NCBI GenBank assembly: GCA_965178125.1
Contig: OZ237735.1
Location: 1,798,001 to 1,862,000, forward strand
Direction of reading: 5' to 3'
Origin: Bilabrum cf. latius
Taxonomy: Eukaryota
Length of the DNA: 64,000 nt
Under the pieces are notes generated by a model. It searched no databases. It saw only the letters and a list, made by a program, of their open reading frames with translations, and had not been told where the DNA came from. Positions 27,401 through 39,698 of the stretch are shown here, in pieces (the stretch's first letter is position 1; each line of letters begins with the position of its first letter). The position numbers and the translations under genes are program-made.

Positions 27401-30400
27401 GCCTCCCACTGGCGACAAAACGAACAGAGCATCCGTACACTAAGTTCGAAAATTGGAGCCAGTCTCGAAATGGCGCCTGCAGTAGCGGCCGCAAGTCATC
27501 GCTGGGGAGCCTGGACGCGGGCTCAATCACAGTGCCGAGCCCACGTTCTTCGGACCCACTCTCCTTGCTCTCGGAAGCACCAGCACCATTCGAGCCAAGT
27601 TCAACTGGGCCGCCACCTGCTGACACAGAGGCAACGGACTAGAACTCAGCTACAAGCCGTTCCAGCTTATCCACATCACTCCTCGCTTGCATCGACTGCA
27701 GCTGTGCTAGAGCTCCGTGACCAAGGGAGAATGCCACCGCACCGAGAGTCGCACTCACCTAGCCGTGCACGGAATTGGAACCTGTGGTTCCAGCGCTGAT
27801 TTCATTCTCAAAGCTATCATGTTGCCATTCCATTAGTGCCTAGATGGCGCCAAAGTCAGATGCTAAGCCATGCACAGCTTCAATATTCGCAAGGGACTGC
27901 AGAAAGCCACCGAGCGCTGCCCCCTCCCGGCTCCTTGGCTTGATCTCTCCCGTTGATAGCATTCGGATGAGGCGCCGGAAAAAGCCGACTTTGATTTCAA
28001 GGGACACAAATGACGGCATTGCTCCGCTTGTGACGAACTTGCATCCCGCCAGTCGCATGTTGTGCACAATTGGACCCAGGACAGGTGAGTCTTTCGCCTC
28101 AAGCAAGCGCAGCGCCATCTTCCCGCATGGGTCAGCATCCGTCCCTGGAGGCACAGTGTCGATGAGCGCTCCCGATCGGGAGTCAATCCCAGCCAGTGCA
28201 AAAGCAAACATGCTTGCGTTGCCAAGCAACACTGCCGGAACGAGCTGAAGGGCGTTTGTTGCGCTTGGCCAATCCCCAAGCCCAACCGCGTAGGGATGGA
28301 TGTTAGCATGGCGCAACCATTCGACATTGCCGAGGATCAAATCCCCGATCTGGGCGGCTGCTTGTGCTCCGGTCTTTGTCAGTGTACCGCGCGAGGCCGG
28401 CAGCATGCAACCAAGCAGTGCGAACGCTTCCAGCAAGCAATGTGAGGACGGTTCTGCGCACAGAGGTGCAGCTGCCGGTGCTGCGCACCCAGTCGCTCCA
28501 GGCAACGTCACACTGAAGCTATGCTAAAGCAGTGCATTAATGACACCCAAGACAGCAACAATGGCATCGCCTCTGGTGGACGGCATTGGTTTCAGCAGCT
28601 CCTAGTTCTGCAGCTCAACGGCAGCACTCAGATCGCGGTGGTGCTGTAGGGTAACATCTGCAGCAGTGGGTCCATGACTGGTTGCAGGCGCTCCTGGCGC
28701 TGGTGCTGGTGCTGGCGCTGACTGTGCAGCAGCACGCTCTTGCTCGTACTGCACCCTTAGCTGCTCCCTGAACGCGGCTTCATCGAGCATGGTTCGGGCT
28801 TGGGTACACATTTCGCAAGTAGCCGTGCCCGGCTTGTTCTAATACGTGCAGGCTGCGCACGTCCACCCTGCTTGTTCCTGGAGAACGTTCAGCCCACTGG
28901 GTTTCGGATTGGAGCACATCTGACACTGCATGTCTGCCTCGGAGTTCTAGAAAGTGCACGATGCACACTACCACGGCCCGGACGCTGCACCCCCTCCTGA
29001 TGCTGTCAGCTTGGCCGCAATCCATTCGTCGAATGAACCGATTGGGGCTGCCCCGGACGAAGAAGACGCTGGCCCAGACGGGGTTGTCTCTGCTACTGCT
29101 CGCTCCATTACCTCGCGCGCCCTCGCTTCGTCCCGCATGTTCGATATGTACTCATCGATGATACGACAGTCGCGCTGTTGACCAATGAAGGCCTCTAAGG
29201 TTCCCTGCTCGGACGATTCTGTCAAACTAGCTGCTCCAGGCGATGACCGGCGGAGGACATGCTCAAAGCTGAGCCTCCCAAAAAAGTCATTCGGGGCATC
29301 TGGCCAATGTGCTGCATCTACCCGCACTCGCAAGCTCCGGATATCGGGCGCATCGTTGGGGTTACCAAAGTTCAGGATTCTTGGTGCCTCGCTGTTGCAG
29401 ATCGCCGGCCCCCTTGTACTACTGATCAAATGGTCGTGCTGGTGCCTTGATGCCACGAAGCTGTTGAAGTCTTGTATCGACTTGAAATGGATCATGTCGT
29501 CGTTATACCGAACTTGCGCTCCAATCCCATCGAAAGTTGCAGCGGGATATAGCTTCTAGTCGCTCTCGCAATTGGCATCGATAGGCCCGATGAGCTGGGA
29601 TTTGTCTACGGCAAAGTAAACCTGGCCCGACTGGGGCTTCGACGTGTCAGCAAGCACAACCACGACTGTCACGGTGGAGTCCCCCCCGAACGGGTGCTCT
29701 CCTAGCGCAGACACAGGCTCTGTAGCTCTGTAAACGACCCCGTCCCGCGATCGAATCACCCATGAAGACTCGCATTTGTTGAAAGCAATGGGACCGTGGA
29801 ACGGCAAGGCCACGATCCCAATGCTCACGTGCTTGGCAGCCGGACTTCGAGCGAGCTTGAACGAGAAGCACGACACTTTTGATGTGATGGCGTGCGGAAT
29901 TATTCCCATCGCATCTTCAGTTTGGCTTGTCACCTAGAGGTCGTTGCTCGACCTAGCAATGTTCACGCTGCTGGTAGGGTGGAACGAATGCGTCTGGTGA
30001 TGACCACCAAACCATGCTACGCGAGGCTAGATATTCTGTACTCCCACAGACTCGATAGCCGCATCCCCGAGCGCGTCCTGCGCCCCATCCACCGGCACCG
30101 CGTCGCTGTCCTCCAGCCTGGAAAGACCCCCTGTCCCATCTGCCGCAGCCCCTCCCAGTGAGACCCCGCGCTGGATGGACCGGAGTGCTGCCCGGTGCTG
30201 GATCAGCTTCTGAAAGTGTGCCCGCTCGCCCTGAGGCTTTATCCACGAGGCAGCCTCTACGCAGGCCTTCGCTAACAGAAGCCTAATCTGCTTGCTGGGC
30301 AGCTCGGCTTGTGCTGCCGCGGAGTCTGGGAGCATTGCTCTGAGAGCCTGCAGGAGGCAAGAGCAGCTGCCAGAAGCTAATGCTAAACGTAGCAGAGCTT

Positions 30401-31790
30401 CGACGGCTCTGGAAACTACCTTAACGTGCGCATTGTCTGGATTGGTGACTTCATAGGTGGATGACGGAACCGGAGGCTGTTCAATGCCGGCGGATGCAGC
30501 TTGTACCACAGCGCCTGGGTTCAAGACCGGGTAGGCGCTGCTGACGCCAGCGTACTGCATCCTGCTCCCATCAATGATCCTTGCAAGAGCACCGCGCAGC
30601 TTCATGAGGACTCCGCCTGCATGTGTGCGCTTGATTGGCACGGGAGGCCTGCCTGCGGCATCAGCGGCCAACAGGCCGTCAGCAGACTCTGGCACTGCGA
30701 GTACATCACAAGCGAGCAGGCCGTGCGCATTGCACTGTCCGTGGTGGCCATCAAAATCTAGGCGCACTCCACTGAGGCCGAGCTTTGCGATGTGCTTCCC
30801 CACTTCGACGTCCACAGAGCCAGTCCCTGCAGCGAGGGCTTCGCCTGAAACTGTTGCGACCGCGCGCACTACACCGTCTCGGCCTTGCAGCGACACCCGC
30901 AGTGATTTGGGCAGCAGGCGCATGGAACAACGTATTTTCACTGACACTGGCGTCATTCCAGCGCCTGATTCGTCATCTCTAACCTCCCAAAACGACTTGG
31001 ATGAGTTTCGCTCCGACTCCCACACCCGACCCTGCAGTGCCCTCCCCGGCTGAGAGACGCGGCTGGAAGAGCTCGACGCCTTCGCCTTGTCCGGCGCAAA
31101 TGCTACTCGGCTTGGGTCTGGCATGGGAACAGCCGCCCATGCTTCGAACAGCGCCATGGTCGCCGACTCCTTCTCGAGGTGCTGGTTGAGGTCGCGGAGG
31201 GCCTGCACCGCATCAGGGCCGCCCCCGTTGATCCTGTCTGCGAGGGCGGAGAGACCCTGCAGGAAGGGACCAACCAGGCGCTGCAGCCCTGATTCCGTCT
31301 GTATCCCGTAGTAGAGGCCAAGAGAGCCCGCGGCGAGTCCCTCCGGGGGCGATGCAGAAGCCCCGCCTTCGGCCAATGAGCCCCGGCGCTGCTCGTTGTA
31401 CAGCTCCATGAGACCCTGTAAGAACGCAGCTCTGCGCTCAAATGCGGCCTCGTGGCCAGGTACAGCTGGGACAGTCGCTTCTAGCTGCAACCTCATTCGT
31501 GCGAGTGGGTCATCAGCTTTGGGCATACCCGCGTCCACCGTGGCCCTGCCGCGTCGGCACTGCCGCAAGGCCTCTTCTCGCAACTCCGGACTGAGCCGAA
31601 AGGCATCCAGCTCTTCGTCTCCGGCAATTGCCACGCCAGTTTCGTCATCGACTAAGCTAATGGTTCGCTGCAGTTCCGCGTCGTTGAAGAGAATGTCGAC
31701 AGCACGCCCTGGAAAATTAGGGTTCTGCAGAATTGCGTTGATTTCCTCCCGTTTCGCTTTCATTAGAGGGACAGAAGACTCCTATCCCAT
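18423..31790 (-). CDS. Giant HECT E3 ubiquitin ligase (~4455 aa, apparently intronless): SPRY, 2 NZF fingers, tandem UBA-like, CUB-like and HECT domains
   Basis: All fragments are in one frame with about 25 TAG and no TAA/TGA. HECT motifs GEDGLDWGGLFRE, FLGRVLGI, FIRFAWGRSRLP, LPIGHTCFFQVEMPAYSS. SPRY at ~29530-29930 (SIGIV..SWVIRSRDG..LYPA). NZF fingers at 28803-28973. UBA-like at ~22370-22680. VESLHPY at ~21035-21055. Starts MG*ESS; ends at TGA. Confidence 0.92.
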
Positions 31791-32300
31791 ACTGATATAT
31801 TTGAATTCTGCAGGACACGGGATCTAACGTGGTGCACCAAAGCTGTGGGTGCTCCAAGTATCAAGATCCACGATTGTGATTGGCTATAAATAGCCCTAAA
31901 CAAGCAAGGAATATTGGGTAGGCCAACTAAGTACGAATAAAGGTATCAAATCTAAAACAATGGAGAATTGTCGCCAAAGGTGGCTGAAAAGGCGGCAGCA
32001 GACCTCAAGAACACTGCTCTCATTCACTACAAACAAGCTCACGTCAGTTCTCGAATCAGAAGCGTACCGCCCTATCTTGCGCTTTCAAGCGAGAGTAAAC
32101 TTGTTGAATTGATGTATTGGGAAAGGGTGCTGTGCTGGAATAGGCTGAGCAAGCAGTGTCTGCTCCTGCACTTTCTCCAGCCACACAATGGTAACGTGCA
32201 AATTGAGGAAATAGGAATCCACCGTTCGGAATCATAATAGCCTTCCGGATTGACGAAGTGCAATTGGGGACGTGTCAGAGCCAGCACAAAAGGTTTGACT

Positions 32301-32887
32301 ATGGCGTCGTCTGGGGAAGGTATTAAGGTATGATTCAGATCGTTGAAGTAGTAGGACATGCTACCCTAGTGTATCATTTTTACGATTGCCTACCAGAATT
32401 GTTAGCGTATACAGACCACGCTGTTTCGCAGGGCATTGCTGCAAGAGAGACTGATGGTGCGGGGCTGAAAGTAGTGGTTATAAGGACAGCATGGAATGAG
32501 AAGATTATTGGGGCGCTATCGTCCGGGTGCACTGGTGAGCTTGGCAGGCTGGGTGCAACTGACATAGTTGAAGTCTAGGTTCCCGGCTCCTACGAGCTTC
32601 CACTCGCCGCAAAAACAGCGATTCGCAAGTATAAGCCAGACGCTGTAATCTGTCTTGGGTGTCTGATAAAAGGAGATACAATGCACTTCGAGTATATCTG
32701 CGAAGCGGTGACACAGGGGATCATGCGAGTGCAGTTGGACACTGGCATCCCAGTCATTTTTGGTGTCTTGGCTTGCTTGACGGAACAGTAGGCGTTGGAT
32801 AGGGCAGGGCTAAGTGGTAAAGGCAGAAATCATGGCATAGAATGGGCCCAATCGGCTGTATAGATGGCTCGGCTTACCCAGGGCTGA
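32301..32887 (+). CDS. RIB4: 6,7-dimethyl-8-ribityllumazine synthase, 2 exons (32301-32327, 32432-32887), ~160 aa
   Basis: [61 protein letters not shown]. Three TAG; ends at TGA. Intron 32328-32431 (GTATGA...GCAG). Confidence 0.93.
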
Positions 32888-33003
32888 TTATTGCCTGGTT
32901 GACAAGCATGCGATTTTGACGGAACTGACTGCGTGCACCACGAAGCTTTGACAAGCAACTGCAGAACATTATAAAATTACAGTCAGACCCGAAGCCCGTG
33001 CCA

Positions 33004-36000
33004 TCATAGACCGGTCTTCATTCCACCGGGACTGCTCTGCTCCGCTCCCTTGCCCTGGCCCTGCATCATCGCTGCCATGATGTCGTCGAGCTCCTGCAGC
33101 TGAGCCCCGCTGGGGTCAACTGCTTTGGCACTCCCTTTGGTAGGTGACGCTGGGCCCAGAGCCTGTCCATCCCTATGCTAGGCCCCAGGTGCGGCGGGGG
33201 CCCCCTGCCCTATGCACTTTGTGGCTCGTGCCGCAACCATTCCAAGCGCAGCTCCGACCGCCGCAACCCATGGATCGGCAGAGTCCTAGGATGAAACACT
33301 GTTACCATGTGCTATACCGGGTACTGTTTGTGCAGGGCAGCCAAGGGCTGCCGCGGCCGCGTGCCTGTCTACCTGACCTCCGCTTGAGAGAGATAGGGCA
33401 CCCATGCCCATCCCAGCGGCGGTCGCCGCCTCCACTGCCCTACCTTCGCGCAACCTAGCCGCGCCAATCGCAAGAAGAGCTGCAGCGGCGCCAGAGCGAG
33501 GTGCATCGTAGGGTACACGCTTGCCAGGTGCGAGCCAGGAGAGCGCCTGCTCTTCGCAGCGAGCAACGGCAGACCGCTGCATTTTCGCCATGGACGCCGC
33601 TGTCTGCTCCAACAGGCGACTGCTTGTACGGTCAGCGGCTGCTAGAGCAGCGCGTGAGGCTCGGATTCCAACCACTAGAGCCTACATGCCCGCTGTCTCG
33701 CACGAATCAACGATTAGCGAGACCATGCGCCGAACCTAGTCGCTGCTGTAGCTAGCCATTACCTCGGGATCTACACTGCAAGCAGCGCTCAAAGCAGACC
33801 GCACCGCTGGATCGCCGCACATAGGATGCTTTGAAACAACGCCTAGAGCCATTGAGATGGCATTCACTCCCATAAGCATTTCATCAACCTGTCGACAGGT
33901 CGATTCATCCAAAGCGTCGCTGTCCATTGCGGCGGCTCCAGCCCCGAATAACCTGCCGAAAGCCGGCCGGATTGCGTCGCGGCAATACTCGATTCGCTCC
34001 TTTCCAGCAACAATCAGCCTCCTGAGCTCCGTGCTGGCGATGTCTTCACCCTTCTTCACGGCAGTGGAGGCGTCTGCACGTCCGCTGCGACCAATGGTGG
34101 ACATGATGGACCCTCGAACCGCCCCGGTCCAGGCAACACATGAAAGGATCGTACTTGCCGCATCGCTGTACGACCCTGCTGCAGTTTGCTGTTGCGACAG
34201 CTGTTCCATGCAGCTCGGAATCACGTGCAATGGAGGCAGGTGCAGCTCAAGGCTAGAGCTTCCCTCTGCGTCGCTGGAGTCTGGGACGAGACGCACCGCC
34301 GCCCCCGGTCGAAGACTAGATGGGACTTCCAGAGCACCTGCACCGGCGCATGAGCCGGTAGCTACACTGCCGGCCATCTTGTACGTGCCGTGGCACAGCG
34401 TATCTAGCCGAGCCATGTCTTTCATCGCCTTGGACAAGTGTTCGATGGCCTTGGAGCTAGTGCCCTCACCCGAACGAGTGATTGCCGACAGCGCTGCCTG
34501 CAGACTGTGCGACTGCACCCTCACAGATAGACACGCGGAAAGCAGCACAGCCGACTCCTAGGACTTGTGTTCGCCATGCTCTCTTTCTCCCGCTCGGCAT
34601 AACATGTCCAGTCGCAACAAAGGCCTGCGCAGCTTGTCGACAGCCTCACCGAATCGGTCCGCCGCGATGAGGTCTTTGGTCTGCCGAATGCTCTCGCACA
34701 CTTTGCCGAGACGAAGCACCACGCTCTCTTGCACGACCACCGACACTTCACTAACAGTTGCTGCCGATGCACCTCCACTGGCCGCTCCCCCAGCAGCGCC
34801 GCCCTCTTCGCCGCCGGATCCACGTGGTGCCCTCTTGGGCGACAGCAGAAGAGCCGCCCCCCTCTGATCCAGCTTGCGCATGGCCTCGTCCTCCGCATCC
34901 TCGCAGGCCACGTCCACAGTTGAAGCCTTGGTCACCGCAGGAAGTCCCAGCATCACTTGCAGTGCCGTCACGTAGTCGTACACGAACAGCACCCGCACTC
35001 GCTGGGACCCTTCCATGTCAAGACGCGCAATGGCAGATTCCTCGCCTGCAACGGACGAGTCAAACTCCACTGCAGGGGAGCCTTGGCTCTTCCGCTTCAG
35101 CGGCGAGAAAAGGCCCCGGACGCCTCGAGCCCCTGAATGTGACCCCGAAGCGGTTGTCGCTGGGACGTGGTCGGCTGAAGGCCCTGCCGTCGACCCCGCC
35201 GCCTTTGGACGGAGCGGTGCCCTGCTTTTGAGCAGCTTGACCACCGGCAAGTGCCTGAAGCCGTGCTTGTTCATCGCCTCGAGCGCCTTGTCCACGGCAG
35301 CCTCCTGCTCGAGGAGGAGCAAGGGGTCCCACGTCATGGAGGAGAGGTGGACGGGCTCCATGAGATCGACTTCATGGTCAGCTGCAATGACTTTCTTGAC
35401 GCTGTGGGTGGAGAGGAGGCGCAGAAGGGAAATTCGTGCAACGTCGGGCTATCGAGGCAAGACTGAATCCGGAGGGCACGCTGAGCATCACATTTTGAGT
35501 GCAGGCGCAAAGTGATACAGCCGCAGAACTGGCTCTTACATGTCATGTACTGTGATAATTCCGCATATCAACCCTTCATCGGATGGTTCATGCAGCACGA
35601 CGGCAGTGCAGCGCCGCTTTGCCATCGCCTTGGCGCAGTCAATGATGCTGGAGTCAGATGCCATGACCAGAGCACCAGAAGACTTGTGATAGCCATCAGT
35701 CCCCGTACTACCGGATCTAGTCCTGCCGTCCTTTTCCGCAGCGGCTGATTTGGCGGCCTGAAGCCCCAGCAGCGCCCCAATGTTGGAGATCGATGATACC
35801 AAACTCGAGCCAATGCTACCCCAACCGCTCCCACCTGTAGCTGCAGCAGCTTCGCCTTCTTGCTAGTTACGAATGAGCCTCACGACATTCCGGATGTCGA
35901 GACAGTCAATCACGGTATGCTTAGCAGAATCTATCCTCCGAATGATTGGGATGTGCTTCACACCTAGCCGCATCATCTTTGCCTGTACTGCTACGATGTC

Positions 36001-36234
36001 GTCGTTAACCTCAGAAATTGATGCAAACTCAACACCTTTGGTCATAATTGTTTCCAATTTAGTGGCCTTTTTGTCTAGACCCCGCAGCAGCAGACGCCTT
36101 ACTAAGTCCTGTTCGCTAACAAGACCTGCCAGGCTACCATCATGAGATACAACGGCAAGCGCCGTAGCACCTTGCTCTTTCATCATTTTGGCGGCATCGA
36201 AAGCCGACGACGTTGCCAATATCGTTCGTGGCAT
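33004..36234 (-). CDS. CBS-domain protein (two CBS pairs plus a helical C-terminus), 2 exons (intron 35402-35539), ~1030 aa
   Basis: AAKMM..GA.ALAVV..DGSLAGLVSEQDL, MMRLGVKHIPI, GIITVHD|IVKKVIAA after splicing GTAAGA...CACAG, ALEAMNKHGFRHLPVV. The remaining breaks are TAG; ends at TGA. Confidence 0.8.
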
Positions 36235-36373
36235 GGCACAACTTGTTGCAGATAGACCAACGTACAGGAAAAATCTCGATTAATTGTAGTACCGTGCTAT
36301 TTAGTCATCGAAAATACATGAAAAAGGATATTCCTAGCACAACGAAGACCCAAATTGTCTTCTATCAATAACT

Positions 36374-37915
36374 ATGTCAAGCAATAAACCGACTGGTAGC
36401 ACAAAATCGTTGAAAAGGTTCCGAAATCCAAGAGTTGTGCCGCCGAAGTGGCTGGCCAGCCGAGCCGATATCGATTTGGCTTGCGGACGAACAATGACGC
36501 CGTAGCAGATCGCATAGATAAGGAGATAGTGCTGTACATTTATTGCTTCGGTTTCTACCAAGTTATGGGCTCGCGGTAATCACAAAGAGGCGCAGCGGGA
36601 TCCGCACCTCGTTGAGATTATGAGCACGGCGCTGACGCTATTCCACCGATACTATTCAAGAAAGGCCTTTATTGACAGGAAAGTTGGGCCAGACATGCAC
36701 CTTAGTCGGTATGACGTGAGCATGGCTTGCTGCTTTTTGGCTGGTAAAGCTCATGAGGATGTACGGAAGGCAGAGCATGTGGTGCTGTGCGCACGAGATA
36801 CGCTCTCAAGGCACTCCAAAGGAGTGTTCGACTTAAATGCCACCAGTCGAGTGCGTGGAAAAGCTGAGAAGCAGATTACTGAGGATTTCATACGTGCGTT
36901 GCTGAGAGCTGAACGCAAACTGCTGCATGTGTGCGAATTCGACGTGGACATTGAGCATCCGCACAGGTACCTTGAAGTTAAGCTTAAAGGCCTAGGCCTG
37001 TATGGCTTTGAAGATGTAAAAGAGCGAGTAGATAATATCCTGCGCGTGGCGTACCTCTAGACATCGCTTTGCGTACAGATGCAACCGGCAGAGATTGCAG
37101 ATGCAAGCGTGCTGCTGGCTGCACACCTCCACGGCAAGCCACTGCCAATGGAAACACAAGCAGACTAGGGCAAGTTTCCTTGGTATGTGGTGACCAAGAC
37201 TACAAAGACCAAGCTTGCGATAGCCCTCGGCCAGCTCCTCGAGCGGGAGGGGAAGTGCACGGCCCGGGAAGTCCTCGACGCACTCCCTCCAGCCCCGCAG
37301 AGCTCACCCTTCCACGGTTTGCCCCGCCGGAAAGGAGGCAAATCGCCAAGTGCTGACAAGGGACCAAAACCGGCATCCGAGTCAGGTACCCCAGCTTCCG
37401 GCGGCGCTGCAGATGCTACCTCTGCAAGCTCAAGCTCTGCTTCGAGCTCTGCTTCCAGTGCCGAGGCACACGCAGGGAAGGAGGCCGGGGACGGGGCGGG
37501 AGCTGATGCTAGATTTGAAGCTGGATCTGGGAGCTCAAGCTTGTTGTCGTCAGGTGCGGGGCCTCACCTGCTGGGCTCCAGTGGTGCTGGTGGATCTGGG
37601 ACCGCCGAACCTGCTTTGTAGCATGCTGACGCAGCACCTGCACCTGCACCCGGAACAGCCGGCGGAGCATCGGCAGTTGCGGCAACAGGGGATACCGCAG
37701 GGAGCATCGGCTCTTCAACGCAAGCAGTGGGATCTGTGGCCACCGCCGAACAGCATGGTTTGCCTGGCAATGGGAGCGGAGGCCACGGGCATACCTCGGC
37801 CTAGCAGGTCGCAGCAACTGCTCCTGCAAGCTCAGCTGGCATTGGTGCAAAGAGACCGCGGTCTGAAGGGGACTCCGACGAAGTTGATAGGAAGGCGCCG
37901 CCAAGGCCAGGATGA
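36374..37915 (+). CDS. Transcriptional cyclin (T/K/L-like), ~513 aa
   Basis: TALTLFHRYY, MACCFLAGKAHE, AERKLLHVCEFDVDIEHPHRYL, YL*TSLCVQMQPAEIA, PWY. Several TAG; ends at TGA. Confidence 0.87.
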
Positions 37916-38059
37916 AGTCATCACATTTTGCAAACAATATCCACCAGTCCATTTGGTGCAGTGCACGATGGCAGGAAAGACAGTTTCCCCGCCGTGCAGC
38001 ACAGGTGGATTGTGGCCGAACCAGTTCAGCAAGATTACTGTTTTGACTTGCTGTGCTCA

Positions 38060-39463
38060 ATGCCATCTCGACGTCGAAAGACTCACGGTAAATCGCAGGC
38101 TGCAGCTCCTAGGTCGGCAGTTGCAGCTGGGTATGGCAGTCACCTGCGAGCCACTAGAGTGAAGCCAGGCCCAACTCCGCTCGACAGGCAACATCTAGAC
38201 TTTTTATTTGTTCTTGACGTCGAAGCGTCGTGCGTTCGAGACAGAGATCCGGGTTTTGTTCAAGAGATAATAGAGCTTCCTGTTGTTTGCGTGGACGTCC
38301 GGGGCTAGTACCACCGAAGGCGAGCACCAGAGTACAGGCGGCGAAGTAGACTTTTTGGTGCAGTTGTTTCGGAGTTTCGGTCATTTGTCAAGCCAGTTGA
38401 GAATCCGAAAATCACTGATTACTGCACGAAGCTGACCGGGATCACCTAGGATGACGTCGAAGATGCACCTGCACTTGCAGACGCCATAGTAGCAATGCAC
38501 AAATGGGTCCATGCAACAATCCAGAAAAATGCTATCAAGCCGCCAGACAATGGATCCCTTCTACCTGAGAAGGTACTTGAGGCGGGAGCAGCACCTCTCG
38601 ATGTCGCGGGTGCACCTCTTGTCGTGGCAGCCGCCCCAGCCTTACCTTCTTCTGCTGCGGGAAGAACTGATGCGTCTGATCTCCATAGTCCTATCATATC
38701 GGCTGCGGCATCCGGGGCGAGCAAATCTGCGGTTTCTGCAACTACCGGAGCTGCGGCCGCAGCCGAGCTCCGCACCTGGGCCGCAAACACGAACCCGTGT
38801 CAGCTATACGGACAGCGGTTCGCTTTTGTTACGGACGGGCCATGGGATTTGCTCTACTATTTGCACGAGGAATGCGAGCGCAAGTCCATCCCGAAGCCCC
38901 TGCACCCGCCCTACCTCGACAAGTGGGTCAACCTGCGGTGGCTGCACGCAGACGTCTTCAACAAGGGCAAGCGGCAAGGCGTCTCGAGCCAGCTTCACTC
39001 GATGGGTTTGCGATTCGAGGGTAGGGAACACAGCGGCATCGACGACTCGAGGAACATTGCCAGGATAGCCATGGCAATGATGGGCCGGGGATGCGTCCTG
39101 GGGGTCAACGATGGAGTGTGCTCGGACCTGGCCGTGGTATGGAAACCGCCGAAGGACTGGAACAGGAAAGCCGCCCGCACGGTACCTGCGGCAGAGTACC
39201 CACCCTCGTGGTACGCCGGTGGTCTCGAGGCTACTGTCCGGCTGGAGGCAAGCGGGGGCACTGGCGGGGAGGGTGCACAGGCTGCAACCGGCGGCGCTGC
39301 ATCAGCATCCGGTGCAAGCACCAGCTTGGCAACGGGTTGTTTGGAAGTCGAAGAGGCAGCGACAGCGGCATTGCCTGGGGCAGTGAGGCCGCGTGATGCT
39401 GCGAACGCTGACCCAAGCTATGGTGCAGCTCACAGCGTGGACAAGAGCCCCAAGCCAGGCTGA
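38060..39463 (+). CDS. ERI1/2/3-family DEDDh 3'-5' exonuclease, ~467 aa
   Basis: VLDVEASC, EIIELPVV, FVKPVENPKITDYCTKLTGIT*DDV, FVTDGPWDL, FEGREHSGIDDSRNIARI. Ends at TGA. Confidence 0.9.
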
Positions 39464-39698
39464 AATGATTGTGGTTGAGACATATTATGTCGACACAAAG
39501 TACGAAATTTGCTCAAGTCATGCCAGACCAGTGAGCATCCATGGATGTGGTGAGCGGGGCGGTGGCGCCGCGCACTCCATTCGAATTGCGGAACTTCTTG
39601 TGAAGCGAAAGAAATCATTGACTGAGAGACGTGCAAGACACGATCAAACAACAAGATTAGTCAAGGTTCCTTATAATTTTTATCTTGTGACCCATCTC

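Noticed and set aside
35536-35538. Apparent in-frame TAA in the CBS gene
   Set aside because: It is part of the GTAAGA intron donor; splicing restores GIITVHDIVKKV.
36374-39463. Cyclin-exonuclease fusion
   Set aside because: The two are in the same frame but separated by TGA at 37913-37915, and ERI has its own ATG at 38060. A shared frame is a 1-in-3 chance.
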